A stretch of DNA of 62,361 bases, taken from assembly GCA_020184695.1 (NCBI GenBank), contig JAANOX010000181.1, forward strand, positions 1 through 62,361. The letters run 5' to 3'. The notes under the pieces are model-generated. The model saw nothing but the letters and a program-made list of their open reading frames with translations. It made no database searches and was not told the DNA's origin. Positions within the stretch are counted from its first letter, which is position 1, and the number at the start of each line of letters is the position of its first letter. The position numbers and the translations under genes were made by a program. The DNA is from Histomonas meleagridis 2922-C6/04-290x (Eukaryota > Protista > Parabasalia). Shown in pieces: positions 19,850-29,719 of this stretch.

Positions 19850-20135
19850 AATTTGTTTAAAATTAAATAATTGTTATTCTTTAATTAATAAATTTAAACT
19901 CTAAATTCTTGTGTGATGCAATCAGATTCAGTCAGTTCTTGCATACTTTTGCCATGGTTTAAACAATTTTTTGAAAAAAAAAATAATCCATCCTTTATAA
20001 AAAAAAATGTGGAAGTGCTGATACGAACAAATCTTGGGGAGCCAGTATGTATAAGTTTTGATGTAAATTATGAAATTTACACATATTCATTAAATAAGAA
20101 TGACTTCAAACATATTTTACAAAACCTGATGTTCA

Positions 20136-20447
20136 TCATCTCTGAAGTTTAGCTTCTATTGCTTTGAATCTTTTGTCCAATAAGTCAATTCGCTTTTGAA
20201 CATTTGATATCCTATCTTTGATAATTTTTAATGTTTGGAAGCACTCTTTGTATTCAAAAGGATGATATAATTCATTTAGTTCTTTGAACGAATTTTCAAG
20301 CTCAATAATTTTTTTGGAAATCTGCTTTTGACTTTGGAATGCATTCTCTAGTGCATCTTTTGAAGCACATGCAAGATCACACAATATTTTACTGACTTCT
20401 TTTGCTTCTTTTTCGATATTTTCTTCTGTCAAAGGATCCATATGCAC
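20136..20447 (-). CDS. Small coiled-coil protein, Snapin/BLOC-1 subunit-like
   Basis: About 100 aa, two coils (FQSQKQISKKIIEL; LKIIKDRISNVQKRIDLLDKR); family call is by impression. Confidence 0.45.
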   Translation of the reverse strand: MHMDPLTEENIEKEAKEVSKILCDLACASKDALENAFQSQKQISKKIIELENSFKELNELYHPFEYKECFQTLKIIKDRISNVQKRIDLLDKRFKAIEAKLQR

Positions 20448-20534
20448 GAGAGTCTATCGTCCGCACTTTTTCGAACTCAGCGGTTATTTAATACCCACAA
20501 ATTAAAAAACGTTAAAAACAGTTTTATCGGTTTT

Positions 20535-20554
20535 AGCGGTTATGGCTGACCTTT
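20535..20554 (+). promoter_or_regulatory. M3 (AGCGGTTA) plus M5 (CCTTT) type core promoter of RPS16
   Basis: AGCGGTTA at 20535-20542 and CCTTT at 20550-20554, 3 nt before the ATG; resembles the Trichomonas M3/M5 elements. Confidence 0.6.
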
Positions 20555-20557
20555 CGG

Positions 20558-20980
20558 ATGAAAAGTGTTCAAGTCTTTGGACGCAAGAAAACAGCTACAG
20601 CCGTCGCTTACTGCAAGGAAGGTTCTGGCCTTATCAAGTTAAATGGTGTTCCCCTTGGCCTTGTTGGAACTGAAACACTTAAAGCCAAACTTATGGAACC
20701 ACTTCTCCTTATCGGTGAAGATAAGTACAAGAACCTCGATATCCGCCTCCGCTGCCATGGTGGTGGTAGCGTTGCCCAAATTTATGCTATTCGTCAAGCT
20801 ATCGCCAAAGCTGTAGTTGCATATTATCAAAAGTATGTTGACGAACAAGCCAAAGATGAAATCAAGAAGGTTCTTTTAGATTACGATCGTACACTCCTTG
20901 TTGCAGATCCACGTCGTATGGAACCAAAGAAATTCGGTGGTCAAGGTGCACGTGTACGCAGACAAATGTCATACCGTTAA
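20558..20980 (+). CDS. RPS16: 40S ribosomal protein S16 (uS9)
   Basis: [53 protein letters not shown]. Confidence 0.98.
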   Translation: MKSVQVFGRKKTATAVAYCKEGSGLIKLNGVPLGLVGTETLKAKLMEPLLLIGEDKYKNLDIRLRCHGGGSVAQIYAIRQAIAKAVVAYYQKYVDEQAKDEIKKVLLDYDRTLLVADPRRMEPKKFGGQGARVRRQMSYR

Positions 20981-21143
20981 AGAAGTCTTCTTTATTACAT
21001 TGTTTTTACTAATTTCTGTGTTTTTAATGTATTTTTCTTTGAGATCCCTTCATTCAGAAAAAACGTTTAAAATGTCTTTGGAAACCGTTTAAAAACGTTT
21101 ATTGTAACGTACGTTAAAAATTATATTTTCATAGTAAAGTTCC

Positions 21144-21551
21144 ATGGAACCAAAAGAGTCACCTGCACACAAGACACACCAGAAAAGGAAGAAGGAAAAG
21201 AAGGACCCAGCAACACCAGAAGAACTTCTTAAGGAAATCAATGAAATTCGTCAAAAATTAAAGTTGCCTCAAATCAAACAACAAGATGCTTTTGTCAACT
21301 ATGCAAGTGCACTTGCAAATGGTGACCTTGTAGATCTAAATAACGGTACATTTGTTGTCACATCTTTACTACACTTTTACGAAGCTTTTGATGGAAAAAC
21401 TCCAACATCTAATCTCGTTAAAAAGTGGTTCAATAGCTCTCAAAAACGCAGTGTTCTTTTGGGCCCTGGCAACATGGGATGTGTTGCTTTCATTCAAGGA
21501 TCAGACGATGGAATTTATATTTATGTTATCGTAGCATCTTTATTCCACTAA
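21144..21551 (+). CDS. Hypothetical protein, possible CAP/SCP-like domain
   Basis: KKWFNSSQKRSVLLGPGNMGCVA weakly resembles the CAP C-terminal motif. Confidence 0.5.
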   Translation: MEPKESPAHKTHQKRKKEKKDPATPEELLKEINEIRQKLKLPQIKQQDAFVNYASALANGDLVDLNNGTFVVTSLLHFYEAFDGKTPTSNLVKKWFNSSQKRSVLLGPGNMGCVAFIQGSDDGIYIYVIVASLFH

Positions 21552-21668
21552 AATATTTTTGATCGTTTTCATTTTCCCTGTGACCGTTAACGTGTGTATT
21601 CAAAAATTTATATCGTTTATTCAATAAGTTCCATCGTTCATTAATACCCAAAAATTAAATCCAAGTTT

Positions 21669-22376
21669 TTAGTTTTCATCAATGTAACAGCGAAGTTGTT
21701 CACCTTCAAGAATTTCGAAGGGTTCATCAATGCCAACAACTCCAACGGCGAGTGATTCAAGATTGATCTCTTCTTTGGAACTACAATCGTTGATTGCCTT
21801 CAATGCATGTCTGATCAATCCTTCGCGATCACAATCTTTGAATTCGGCTAAGTGTTGCTCTAAATATGTTTTTCCTGCTTGTGCCCTTCTTCCTATTGCT
21901 TGAGCATTAAACTCCCAATTCTGGCCACTTGGACAGGTTTCGAATAAACGAACACCGTCTGACCCAGAGCCAATCATTAGCAAGCCAACACCATATGGTC
22001 TTTTATCATATTTTTGTGTTTTCTTTTGTGACCTTTCTGCAACAATATCTGCAAGCTCTACAACTCTTATTTCGCTCCCGTAAGCAAATTTATGTTGAAT
22101 ACATTCGTTTCTTAATAATTTGCAAAGACCTCTTCCATCTGCTGTTAATCCAGAAATGGAAACACCAATGTGATCATCTATTTTAAATATTTTTGGTTGG
22201 TATGATGAAAATTCGGATGGATTATGCATAATGCAAGCAAGAACTGCATGAGTTTTGGAACGGATTGCAACTGTTGGCATTCCTTGTTGAACAGCTTTCA
22301 TAGCATTTTCTACTTGGAGAATACGTCCTTCTGGTGAAAAGGTTGTAGCATCACCATCATATCTTGACCTAAACAT
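21669..22376 (-). CDS. PSMA1: 20S proteasome subunit alpha type-1 (alpha6)
   Basis: MFRSRYDGDATTFSPEGRILQVENA, RPYGVGLL, CPSG, AIGRRAQ. Confidence 0.92.
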   Translation of the reverse strand: MFRSRYDGDATTFSPEGRILQVENAMKAVQQGMPTVAIRSKTHAVLACIMHNPSEFSSYQPKIFKIDDHIGVSISGLTADGRGLCKLLRNECIQHKFAYGSEIRVVELADIVAERSQKKTQKYDKRPYGVGLLMIGSGSDGVRLFETCPSGQNWEFNAQAIGRRAQAGKTYLEQHLAEFKDCDREGLIRHALKAINDCSSKEEINLESLAVGVVGIDEPFEILEGEQLRCYIDEN

Positions 22377-23823
22377 TTTTTTATATTTTAATAATTGAAT
22401 ACCTTTGTTCGAACAATCTAATAAAGACCGTTTACTCAATGAAATATTTCCCGTCACATCACATGTCACAGAGAACTTGGCTTTAAGCACTTTTTACTAT
22501 TTTACCCTTTTTGTCATGTAACTCCTAATGTGAAAAGTACAGAAAACTAATTCAATAGTCGAACGATAAAAGTTTTGAGTAATAATGTAAATCATGGTGA
22601 ATTTCATCAAAAGAAAACAACAACATCACAATGCACAACTTGAGTACCAATACTTACTTTACATAGTAACCAATGAAAAAATGAATCATACACACATAAA
22701 AATATCAAAACCGTATCAGAAAGAAGGAAGTTACATACGTCTTATGTACATACTCAAAATGTAGAATTTTTCAACACATTCTGGCGAAAGATAAATTCAC
22801 CATAAATATTAAATCATATCATTTTGAAAACACCTCAAGGCTTTGATTTCAGTAATGACGATAGAAAAATTTGTGTCGTCCATCTGTTTCTGCGTATGAA
22901 TTAATGCTTACTCATAAAAATTGAGTGTGCGAATTACTTTACTTTCATTTCTATCGTCATTTCTAAGATCAAAGATATATTTCTCAAATATGTAAAAATG
23001 TGTGGAGAGTGCAAAAAGATTATTGAAACATTAAACAAACCAAAACCATAAATCCGTAGGTAGTGCTACACAGCGCTTCGACATGTCGATGGCAGTAGAA
23101 CTTTTTCTAAACGTTTTCATCGTTTATTTGCATCAACTTTTTAAACGTATTCCTACAAGCACAAAAATAAATTCTAATTTTACAAAAAAGTGAACATTTC
23201 CGATACAAATTTCTATTATTTGTATTTGTATTGGAAATCTATTTTGAGATAAATAATTTTGATTACATTTTTAATAATATTTAAATATTCGCATAAAGCA
23301 ATAGAAATACCGAATCAGTATTCAAATAAGTTTATTGTTTCATCTTCTGTTTGTTTAAATCTGATTTTAGGATGTAAAAAGACAATTTCTACATGCATAA
23401 ATCAAAGTCAAAGCAAAAGCAAGGTGAACATAATTCATTGGGCATCTGATCAAATTGTAATTGGCTTTTAATTTTTGATATGAATCTTAATTAAAAGTGG
23501 ATCATCACATAAGTATTCAAGTTATTTTGAATTCAATTAATTCCCATTAATAATTCTTTTTTTTTCTTCAATTACTTTTTTTGAATATTCTTCCATCAAT
23601 GTATTCATTTCCTATTTTCATTAATCAATAGTTGATTATGTAGGTGGTATTAATGTAAAGAAGTTTAATAAATGGTCGCTATGATATGTCAATATGTTTT
23701 TTGGTCAAAAATGACATGTCATAATTAAATAAACGGTTGCTGAAATTTCTTGTCTTTAAAACCGTTTGCAAAGTTCAGAAAATTTGTGAATGGATTCGGG
23801 TCCTATTGCGATTAATAACAACC

Positions 23824-24453
23824 TTACACAGATCCACCAATTTGTGGCGTTTGAAGTTGCTTTAAGGAGCCACCATCTGCATCACTTGGACTGTATGGAG
23901 GTGCTTCTGTGCTTTCGATGCAGTTATTTTGTGGTGTTGTATTTGGAATGTCCCAAAATGAGGGTAATGCTTCTGTACTTGGCATGGTTGGCCTTTCATA
24001 TGAGATATTTGTGGTGGATTGTTGAGATTTTGCTGATTCACCAATTCTTGACATTTTAGCTGAACATAATTTTCTGAATGCCCTTGGTTTTCTTTCCATT
24101 CTGATCAGCTGAAAGTCACGGATTCTGGCAGCCTCACGAGATGTTTTCTGGTTAATAATTGAAGATATTCTGTCTGAAAAAGTGTCTGTATCACGAGTTA
24201 AATTCAGCCATTTTGAAAAATCTCCTGACTGATTCGATTGAACGATTACCAGCACATCTCTTGGCTTAATACCGTAGAATTCAAATGAAAAAGTTTCAAT
24301 GAGGTATTGTCCATTATAAAGAAAAGCCACTGAATCATATGGAGCTAATCTCTTTAAATTTGCTATTGCAGATGTTGGGTAAATACTTACCTTGATAACG
24401 CAACGGCCTGGGAAATAAACAAGGAGGGGAAACTTCTTCGGGATGGAATTCAT
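23824..24453 (-). CDS. Hypothetical protein with an N-terminal ubiquitin-like segment
   Basis: FLYNGQYLIETFSFEFYGIKPRDVLVIV resembles a UBL C-terminal half. Confidence 0.6.
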   Translation of the reverse strand: MNSIPKKFPLLVYFPGRCVIKVSIYPTSAIANLKRLAPYDSVAFLYNGQYLIETFSFEFYGIKPRDVLVIVQSNQSGDFSKWLNLTRDTDTFSDRISSIINQKTSREAARIRDFQLIRMERKPRAFRKLCSAKMSRIGESAKSQQSTTNISYERPTMPSTEALPSFWDIPNTTPQNNCIESTEAPPYSPSDADGGSLKQLQTPQIGGSV

Positions 24454-24788
24454 GAATGTAGAAAATTTTCTGTCAAAACCAGCGGCTTATCACAAATTTG
24501 ATTTCACAACCGTCGATTTATTTAATTTCAGATTGCCAATAAAAATTCCAGCGTTTTTCCCCATAAATTGATTTATTAAACTTATTTTATTACCTTTAAG
24601 AGCTCTCATTTTAGAATATAAAACTATAAATATAAGTAGGATAACATAAAAATTTATAGAAAAAGAAAAGGAAAAAAAATTTTTTGTCAATCTTTCTGTA
24701 ACGGTTAGATTTTCGTTTTTGGACGGTTTGTCAAGCCAAATAATTATGACCGTCATTCAAAAGGTCATTTGCCTCATGTCGGGCGGTT

Positions 24789-26438
24789 TTGACAGGTCGT
24801 AGAATCTTGTTTTTTCTTTTTGGATTCTTCTTTTGTCTATCCCAAACAATATACTTAGCAATTGATTTAGGGTCACAATATTACAGAGTTAGTACTAGCA
24901 CTTTCTCTGGTCATCCAAAAATGATTGAAAATCATCAAAATAAAATTTTGACGCCATCCGCAATCGCAATTAAAACTAATAACTATGATGGAGAGCATTT
25001 GATTGTGAAAGGATTATCTCAAGTTGAGATAAAAATTGGGAATGATGCTTTGAAGTATCTGAAAATTCACCCCGATTCGGGTGCCCCATTTTTGCCTCGA
25101 ATAATTGGACGATCATTTTCAACTGAATTTGAGATCCCAAAAATTTTGAACGCAACTGAATTCCTTTCAATTTTGCTTCACAAAATCTATGAACGATGCA
25201 AAACAACTAATATTGAAGGAGTTGCAATAACTGTACATGATTATTTCACAATATCTCAAAGGAAATCAATCATTCAAGCAGTGTCTATTTCCAAAATTCC
25301 ATTGATTAATATTCTTGATGAAACATCTGCAATTATTCAATTTTACGCAATCCGTTTCTCCAAAAAATTTATTTATGATACGCACCGTGTTCTTTTTGTT
25401 GATGTTGGTGCTTCAGGAATTAGATCATATCGAGTTGAATTTAAGTTAGATGGAAATAATCCGATTGGAACGCAGACAACATATGAATGGAGTGAGAAAA
25501 CTGGAGGTATTAGTTTTATTCGCAAAGTTGCTGAAAAAGAAAATTGTTCAATTTCCAAAGCACAAAAACTACTTATAAATAATGGAGATTCCTATGAAGA
25601 ACTACTTTGTGATGATTTAGATGAGATTTATCGTGTTGTAGAATCGTCACTTGATGATGAAATCGACGAAGTTCAACTCATTGGAGGTGTGACACTTTTC
25701 CCTTTTATCAAACGATACATTCAAAAAGTGGTCGGTTATATTGATGTTTATTGGGATCTCCCACAAATGGAATCCGTAGCACTTGGGTCAATATATCTTT
25801 TACAATCCTCACTTAATGAAAGTCAATATCCAATGATACCACTTACCAAGCCACCCATTTATACATCTTCATGTAAATGTGGGAAAAGTGAATTTGAATA
25901 TTGTAATCATCGGAAAGGTTGTCAAGAATATATTGTCTTTCAAGACTTTAATTGTACCAAAATCTTCATCACAGCGAATAAAAAAGAGATTCCAGAAGGC
26001 GCCGGAAATATTATTGGTTCATATACACTCAAAAATATAACGAAACGTCGTAATGATGATAACAAAGTTCGGAATTTACTTCTCATTATGCAAAGTCCTT
26101 CACCTGTAATACGAAGTGCATTAATGTGTAAAGGGAATTCAAGAAATTGTCTGCAAGTCGAATATGAAATGCAATCATTATATGATCGAATGTATGAAAC
26201 GAAGAAATTAAATGTAAATAAAATAATACAAATAGAAGAAGAAAGAAATCGGAAAAATGAACTTAAATCAAAGCTGAGTTTAATTGTAGAAAATATGAAC
26301 AAAGTCGAAATTTATAATGATGAAGTTATGGAAAAAGCTAAAAAAATAATTTCGGGAGAAAGTGACGCAAACATAAACGAGATAAGAAGAGTCATTAAGG
26401 ATTTGGAAGATATGAAAAAACATTGGGATGAGATATAG
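24789..26438 (+). CDS. Divergent secretory Hsp70/Hsp110-like protein
   Basis: Hydrophobic N-terminus, LAIDLGSQY, LTPSAIA, VAITVHDYF...QRKSIIQA, VLFVDVGAS, VQLIGG. The start codon is uncertain. Confidence 0.75.
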   Translation: MTGRRILFFLFGFFFCLSQTIYLAIDLGSQYYRVSTSTFSGHPKMIENHQNKILTPSAIAIKTNNYDGEHLIVKGLSQVEIKIGNDALKYLKIHPDSGAPFLPRIIGRSFSTEFEIPKILNATEFLSILLHKIYERCKTTNIEGVAITVHDYFTISQRKSIIQAVSISKIPLINILDETSAIIQFYAIRFSKKFIYDTHRVLFVDVGASGIRSYRVEFKLDGNNPIGTQTTYEWSEKTGGISFIRKVAEKENCSISKAQKLLINNGDSYEELLCDDLDEIYRVVESSLDDEIDEVQLIGGVTLFPFIKRYIQKVVGYIDVYWDLPQMESVALGSIYLLQSSLNESQYPMIPLTKPPIYTSSCKCGKSEFEYCNHRKGCQEYIVFQDFNCTKIFITANKKEIPEGAGNIIGSYTLKNITKRRNDDNKVRNLLLIMQSPSPVIRSALMCKGNSRNCLQVEYEMQSLYDRMYETKKLNVNKIIQIEEERNRKNELKSKLSLIVENMNKVEIYNDEVMEKAKKIISGESDANINEIRRVIKDLEDMKKHWDEI

Positions 26439-26854
26439 TAAAATGTTTGAATTGTGTTATCTTAAATAATTTTTTTTTTTTGTTAAACAGAATGAAAACA
26501 TAAATTTGTTTATAGATTTATAATATTGGGAACTTAATGTACAATGTAAAATTTTTATTTTTTAACTTACATACGTATTAAATGAAGTTATATGAATGAT
26601 ATATATCATTTTATAGGAATGAAATAAAGCATATTCGATGTTTTATGTGCTTGAAAATTTTAGTATCCATATGGTATGTGGTAGTTGTCATATGTATAAT
26701 GATTTATGTAAATGTTTGATTCTCAAAATGATTTTTTATGTAATTTTCAAATCATTTATCAAAGAACTAATGAATTTAGACATTTATGGATTAATAACCA
26801 AAATTTGAATGCAATATGATCACCTTTCGGACTTTTTTAAGTAAAAAGTGATAA

Positions 26855-28150
26855 ATGTTCAAAACCAAGGATTCCACAACATATAATTTATCAAAAATCA
26901 ATCCTATAGCATTATTTTCCTTTATTTTTATAGTATGCTTTTTTGGGTGTTATAATACATGGAACAGCAAATTTTATCAAGTCAGTCGAATGAGTGTAAA
27001 TCGTACCGAAAATTCATTAATTCGTTCAATGAATTTTAGTATCAGCTCTAACACAATTAGATTTGCATACGAAAGTAGGTGTGTCTTTGAAATTACTTGT
27101 CGAAGCGTTCAATCGTCAATAACCATTGCAGTTACAGAAGGTATATTCACAACCAAATACAGAGGATCTGGAAATAGTTTCAATTTCGACAAGAACTCAA
27201 CCAAAAATCATATATCATTTTTTGTTCTATCTAGTTTCTATGGTAGACCAACAGTTTCATTTTATTTTGCAAACACAATGATATTCAACAACACTGTTGA
27301 AATAAATCATATTAGTCTTTTCTACCCTGGTAACAGTCTTTATACAATTCGTGAAGAAGAAGATCATCAATTTTCATCTGTTATCCTTGACCACAAAAAT
27401 CTCCAGACGTTTTTCATTTCAGAAAATGTTATTAGCTCTTCAAAACTTGAGTTTTCACATGGAAGATATTTCAATGTTTTGGAGAATATTGACAACAAAG
27501 CTGATAATTACCTTAAAGAATCTAAGCCTAAGTGTGTTAATGATGATTCATATATTCATATGTTCATTGCTCCTCCTGATGGAAATCCATATCTATTTTT
27601 TACAGATGTTATAAACCCACTTGCTAATCTCCTTCGTGATGAAGGCAATGCCTTAACAATGGTTTATTATGATAAGAGTAATCAATATTTCGATTTTCTT
27701 TCCAAGTTCCAAAACGTACGTTTATTTGATGCGAACAAAAACTGCCAAAAATTCAGTGAGCTCAGAATTAGGGCAAAACCGTCAAATGACTTCACAAATA
27801 CAAGAAATGCTTTTGGCGAGTTCAATATTGAGAATAAAGTTATTTTTCTTGTGGAATCTAAAAACATAAGTTATACAAAAGAAATTTCTCAATCAGTTTG
27901 TGTTGAATGTGTTGATGAAGTGTTAACATATCCACAAGATTTTAACGTAATATCAACTGCGATACATGGTTCACGTGCATTGTTTGTCGACAATGTAAAT
28001 AACGCGGGATATATGGCTCTCTTAAATGAAAATTCTGTTTTCGGATTATTAACAAAAGACGAACCACAAAATGATAAATGGGTAAAGGAAATGGCGAACG
28101 ACCTAAAACTGAAATATGTTTGGAAAAACTATACACAAGAAATAATATAA
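26855..28150 (+). CDS. Hypothetical type II membrane protein
   Basis: Single N-terminal TM segment (IALFSFIFIVCFFGCY) followed by a long luminal domain. Confidence 0.7.
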   Translation: MFKTKDSTTYNLSKINPIALFSFIFIVCFFGCYNTWNSKFYQVSRMSVNRTENSLIRSMNFSISSNTIRFAYESRCVFEITCRSVQSSITIAVTEGIFTTKYRGSGNSFNFDKNSTKNHISFFVLSSFYGRPTVSFYFANTMIFNNTVEINHISLFYPGNSLYTIREEEDHQFSSVILDHKNLQTFFISENVISSSKLEFSHGRYFNVLENIDNKADNYLKESKPKCVNDDSYIHMFIAPPDGNPYLFFTDVINPLANLLRDEGNALTMVYYDKSNQYFDFLSKFQNVRLFDANKNCQKFSELRIRAKPSNDFTNTRNAFGEFNIENKVIFLVESKNISYTKEISQSVCVECVDEVLTYPQDFNVISTAIHGSRALFVDNVNNAGYMALLNENSVFGLLTKDEPQNDKWVKEMANDLKLKYVWKNYTQEII

Positions 28151-28559
28151 GATATAGGCGGTATAAAGTCTAAACTGTCTGATGATGTTTGATATGATTT
28201 AAACAATAAACTTTATATATAATTTAAAATATAATTTTTGTTTGTTTGATAATGTTTCAAGAAAAACAAGTCGATTATGCAACTATGTTGTTATATCAAC
28301 GTTAATAGCCCATATTCATGCTACATTCCACCAAGTGTTTTACCACATACAAATTCAGATGCTGCATTTGGTGAAATTTGGGCGGTATTAGGTGAACTTG
28401 CAGATTTAAATATTTATATTACTCATGTCTTTAAACCTTACTCTATATATCCTCATTTGATTTGATTTTTTTAATGATTCACATATAATATCAATAACGT
28501 CCAATTATATATTATAAAAAAAAATAATAACAATTCATAATTACAAGAAAAAATATATT

Positions 28560-29060
28560 TTCTTGTTGACATATTAAAATTAGGAACTCGGAGAAATTTG
28601 TTTCCATAAATATAATCAAAAATATTATTTCGATGAAGTTCTATTACAATTTCAAGTGATTCTGTAAAAGATGAATGATGTCATTCACACAAATGAATAA
28701 TTTCAAGATTCCCACCAGCAATTGCATATTTCCCAGTATTCCTTAAGTGAGAATTATTTTAATAATATATGTTTAAAACATTTAATTGAACCAAAAAATG
28801 CTCCATAATCAATAAGTTTAACACTATTTTTATTAACAAATGACCATCTTTCATAATGTGATGACTGAATTAGTTGACTAAAATTTTCTTGTGACAATAT
28901 TTCTTGAAGTTTTTAGATTTCATCATTTTGCGTTATTTGTGTGATTGGGTTTGGATTAACTCCTTCTTTAACATATTTCTAATGATTTATATCATCATTT
29001 CTTGAAAGATCATTAAAAAAAATCTTTTTTATATATTTCGATATATCTAGATTAAGTATT
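28560..29060 (-). pseudogene. Decayed copy of the trichomonad ankyrin-family N-terminal domain
   Basis: Minus-strand pieces EGVNPNPITQITQNDEI*KLQEI and YERWSFVNKNSVKLIDYGAFFGSIKCFK match gene 39704-41873 (EGHNPNEIAKTIQNDEVEKLQEI; YERCSFINEVDVTLIDYAAFFGSGKCFK), with stops and frameshifts. Confidence 0.8.
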
Positions 29061-29073
29061 TATATAATTCAAT

Positions 29074-29658
29074 GATTATTCATAAACAAAATTTCATTCA
29101 TATCAAACATATGATATAACTTTCAATGATTATTCATAAACAAAATTCCATTTATATCAAACATATGATATATCATTCAAAGATTATTCATAAACAAAAT
29201 TCCATTTATATCAAACATATGATATATCATTCAAAGATTATTCATAAACAAAATTCCATTTATATCAAACATATGATATATCATTCAAAGATTATTCATA
29301 AACAAAATTCCATTTATATCAAACATATGATATATCATTCAAAGATTATTCATAAACAAAATTCCATTTATATCAAACATATGATATATCATTCAAAGAT
29401 TATTCATAAACAAAATTCCATTTATATCAAACATATGATATATCATTCAAAGATTATTCATAAACAAAATTCCATTTATATCAAACATATGATATATCAT
29501 TCAAAGATTATTCATAAACAAAATTCCATTTATATCAAACATATGATATATCATTCAAAGATTATTCAGAAATAAATTTACATTTATATCAAACATATGA
29601 TATATCATTCAAAGATTATTCATAAACAAAATTCCATTTATATCAAACATATGATATA
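29074..29658. repeat. 54-bp minisatellite, about 11 copies
   Basis: Unit GATTATTCATAAACAAAATTCCATTTATATCAAACATATGATATATCATTCAAA with starts at 29074, 29128 ... 29614; internal copies identical, edge copies variant. Confidence 0.97.
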
Positions 29659-29719
29659 ATATTTCGTATACAAATTCAAATTAATTTTTTTTATTTATTT
29701 ACTTTTCTTTTCATCGCAT

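Noticed and set aside
22950-23500. Possible decayed DNA-transposase relic on the minus strand (fragments such as IRCPMNYVHLAF, TINLFE, FYCHRH)
   Set aside because: Fragments are in different frames with many stops and are too short to assign without a profile search.
29074-29658. CRISPR array, or a 149-aa repeat protein (29126-29575)
   Set aside because: Units are contiguous with no unique spacers, no cas genes are present and the context is eukaryotic. The open frame is a by-product of a stop-free 54-bp unit.
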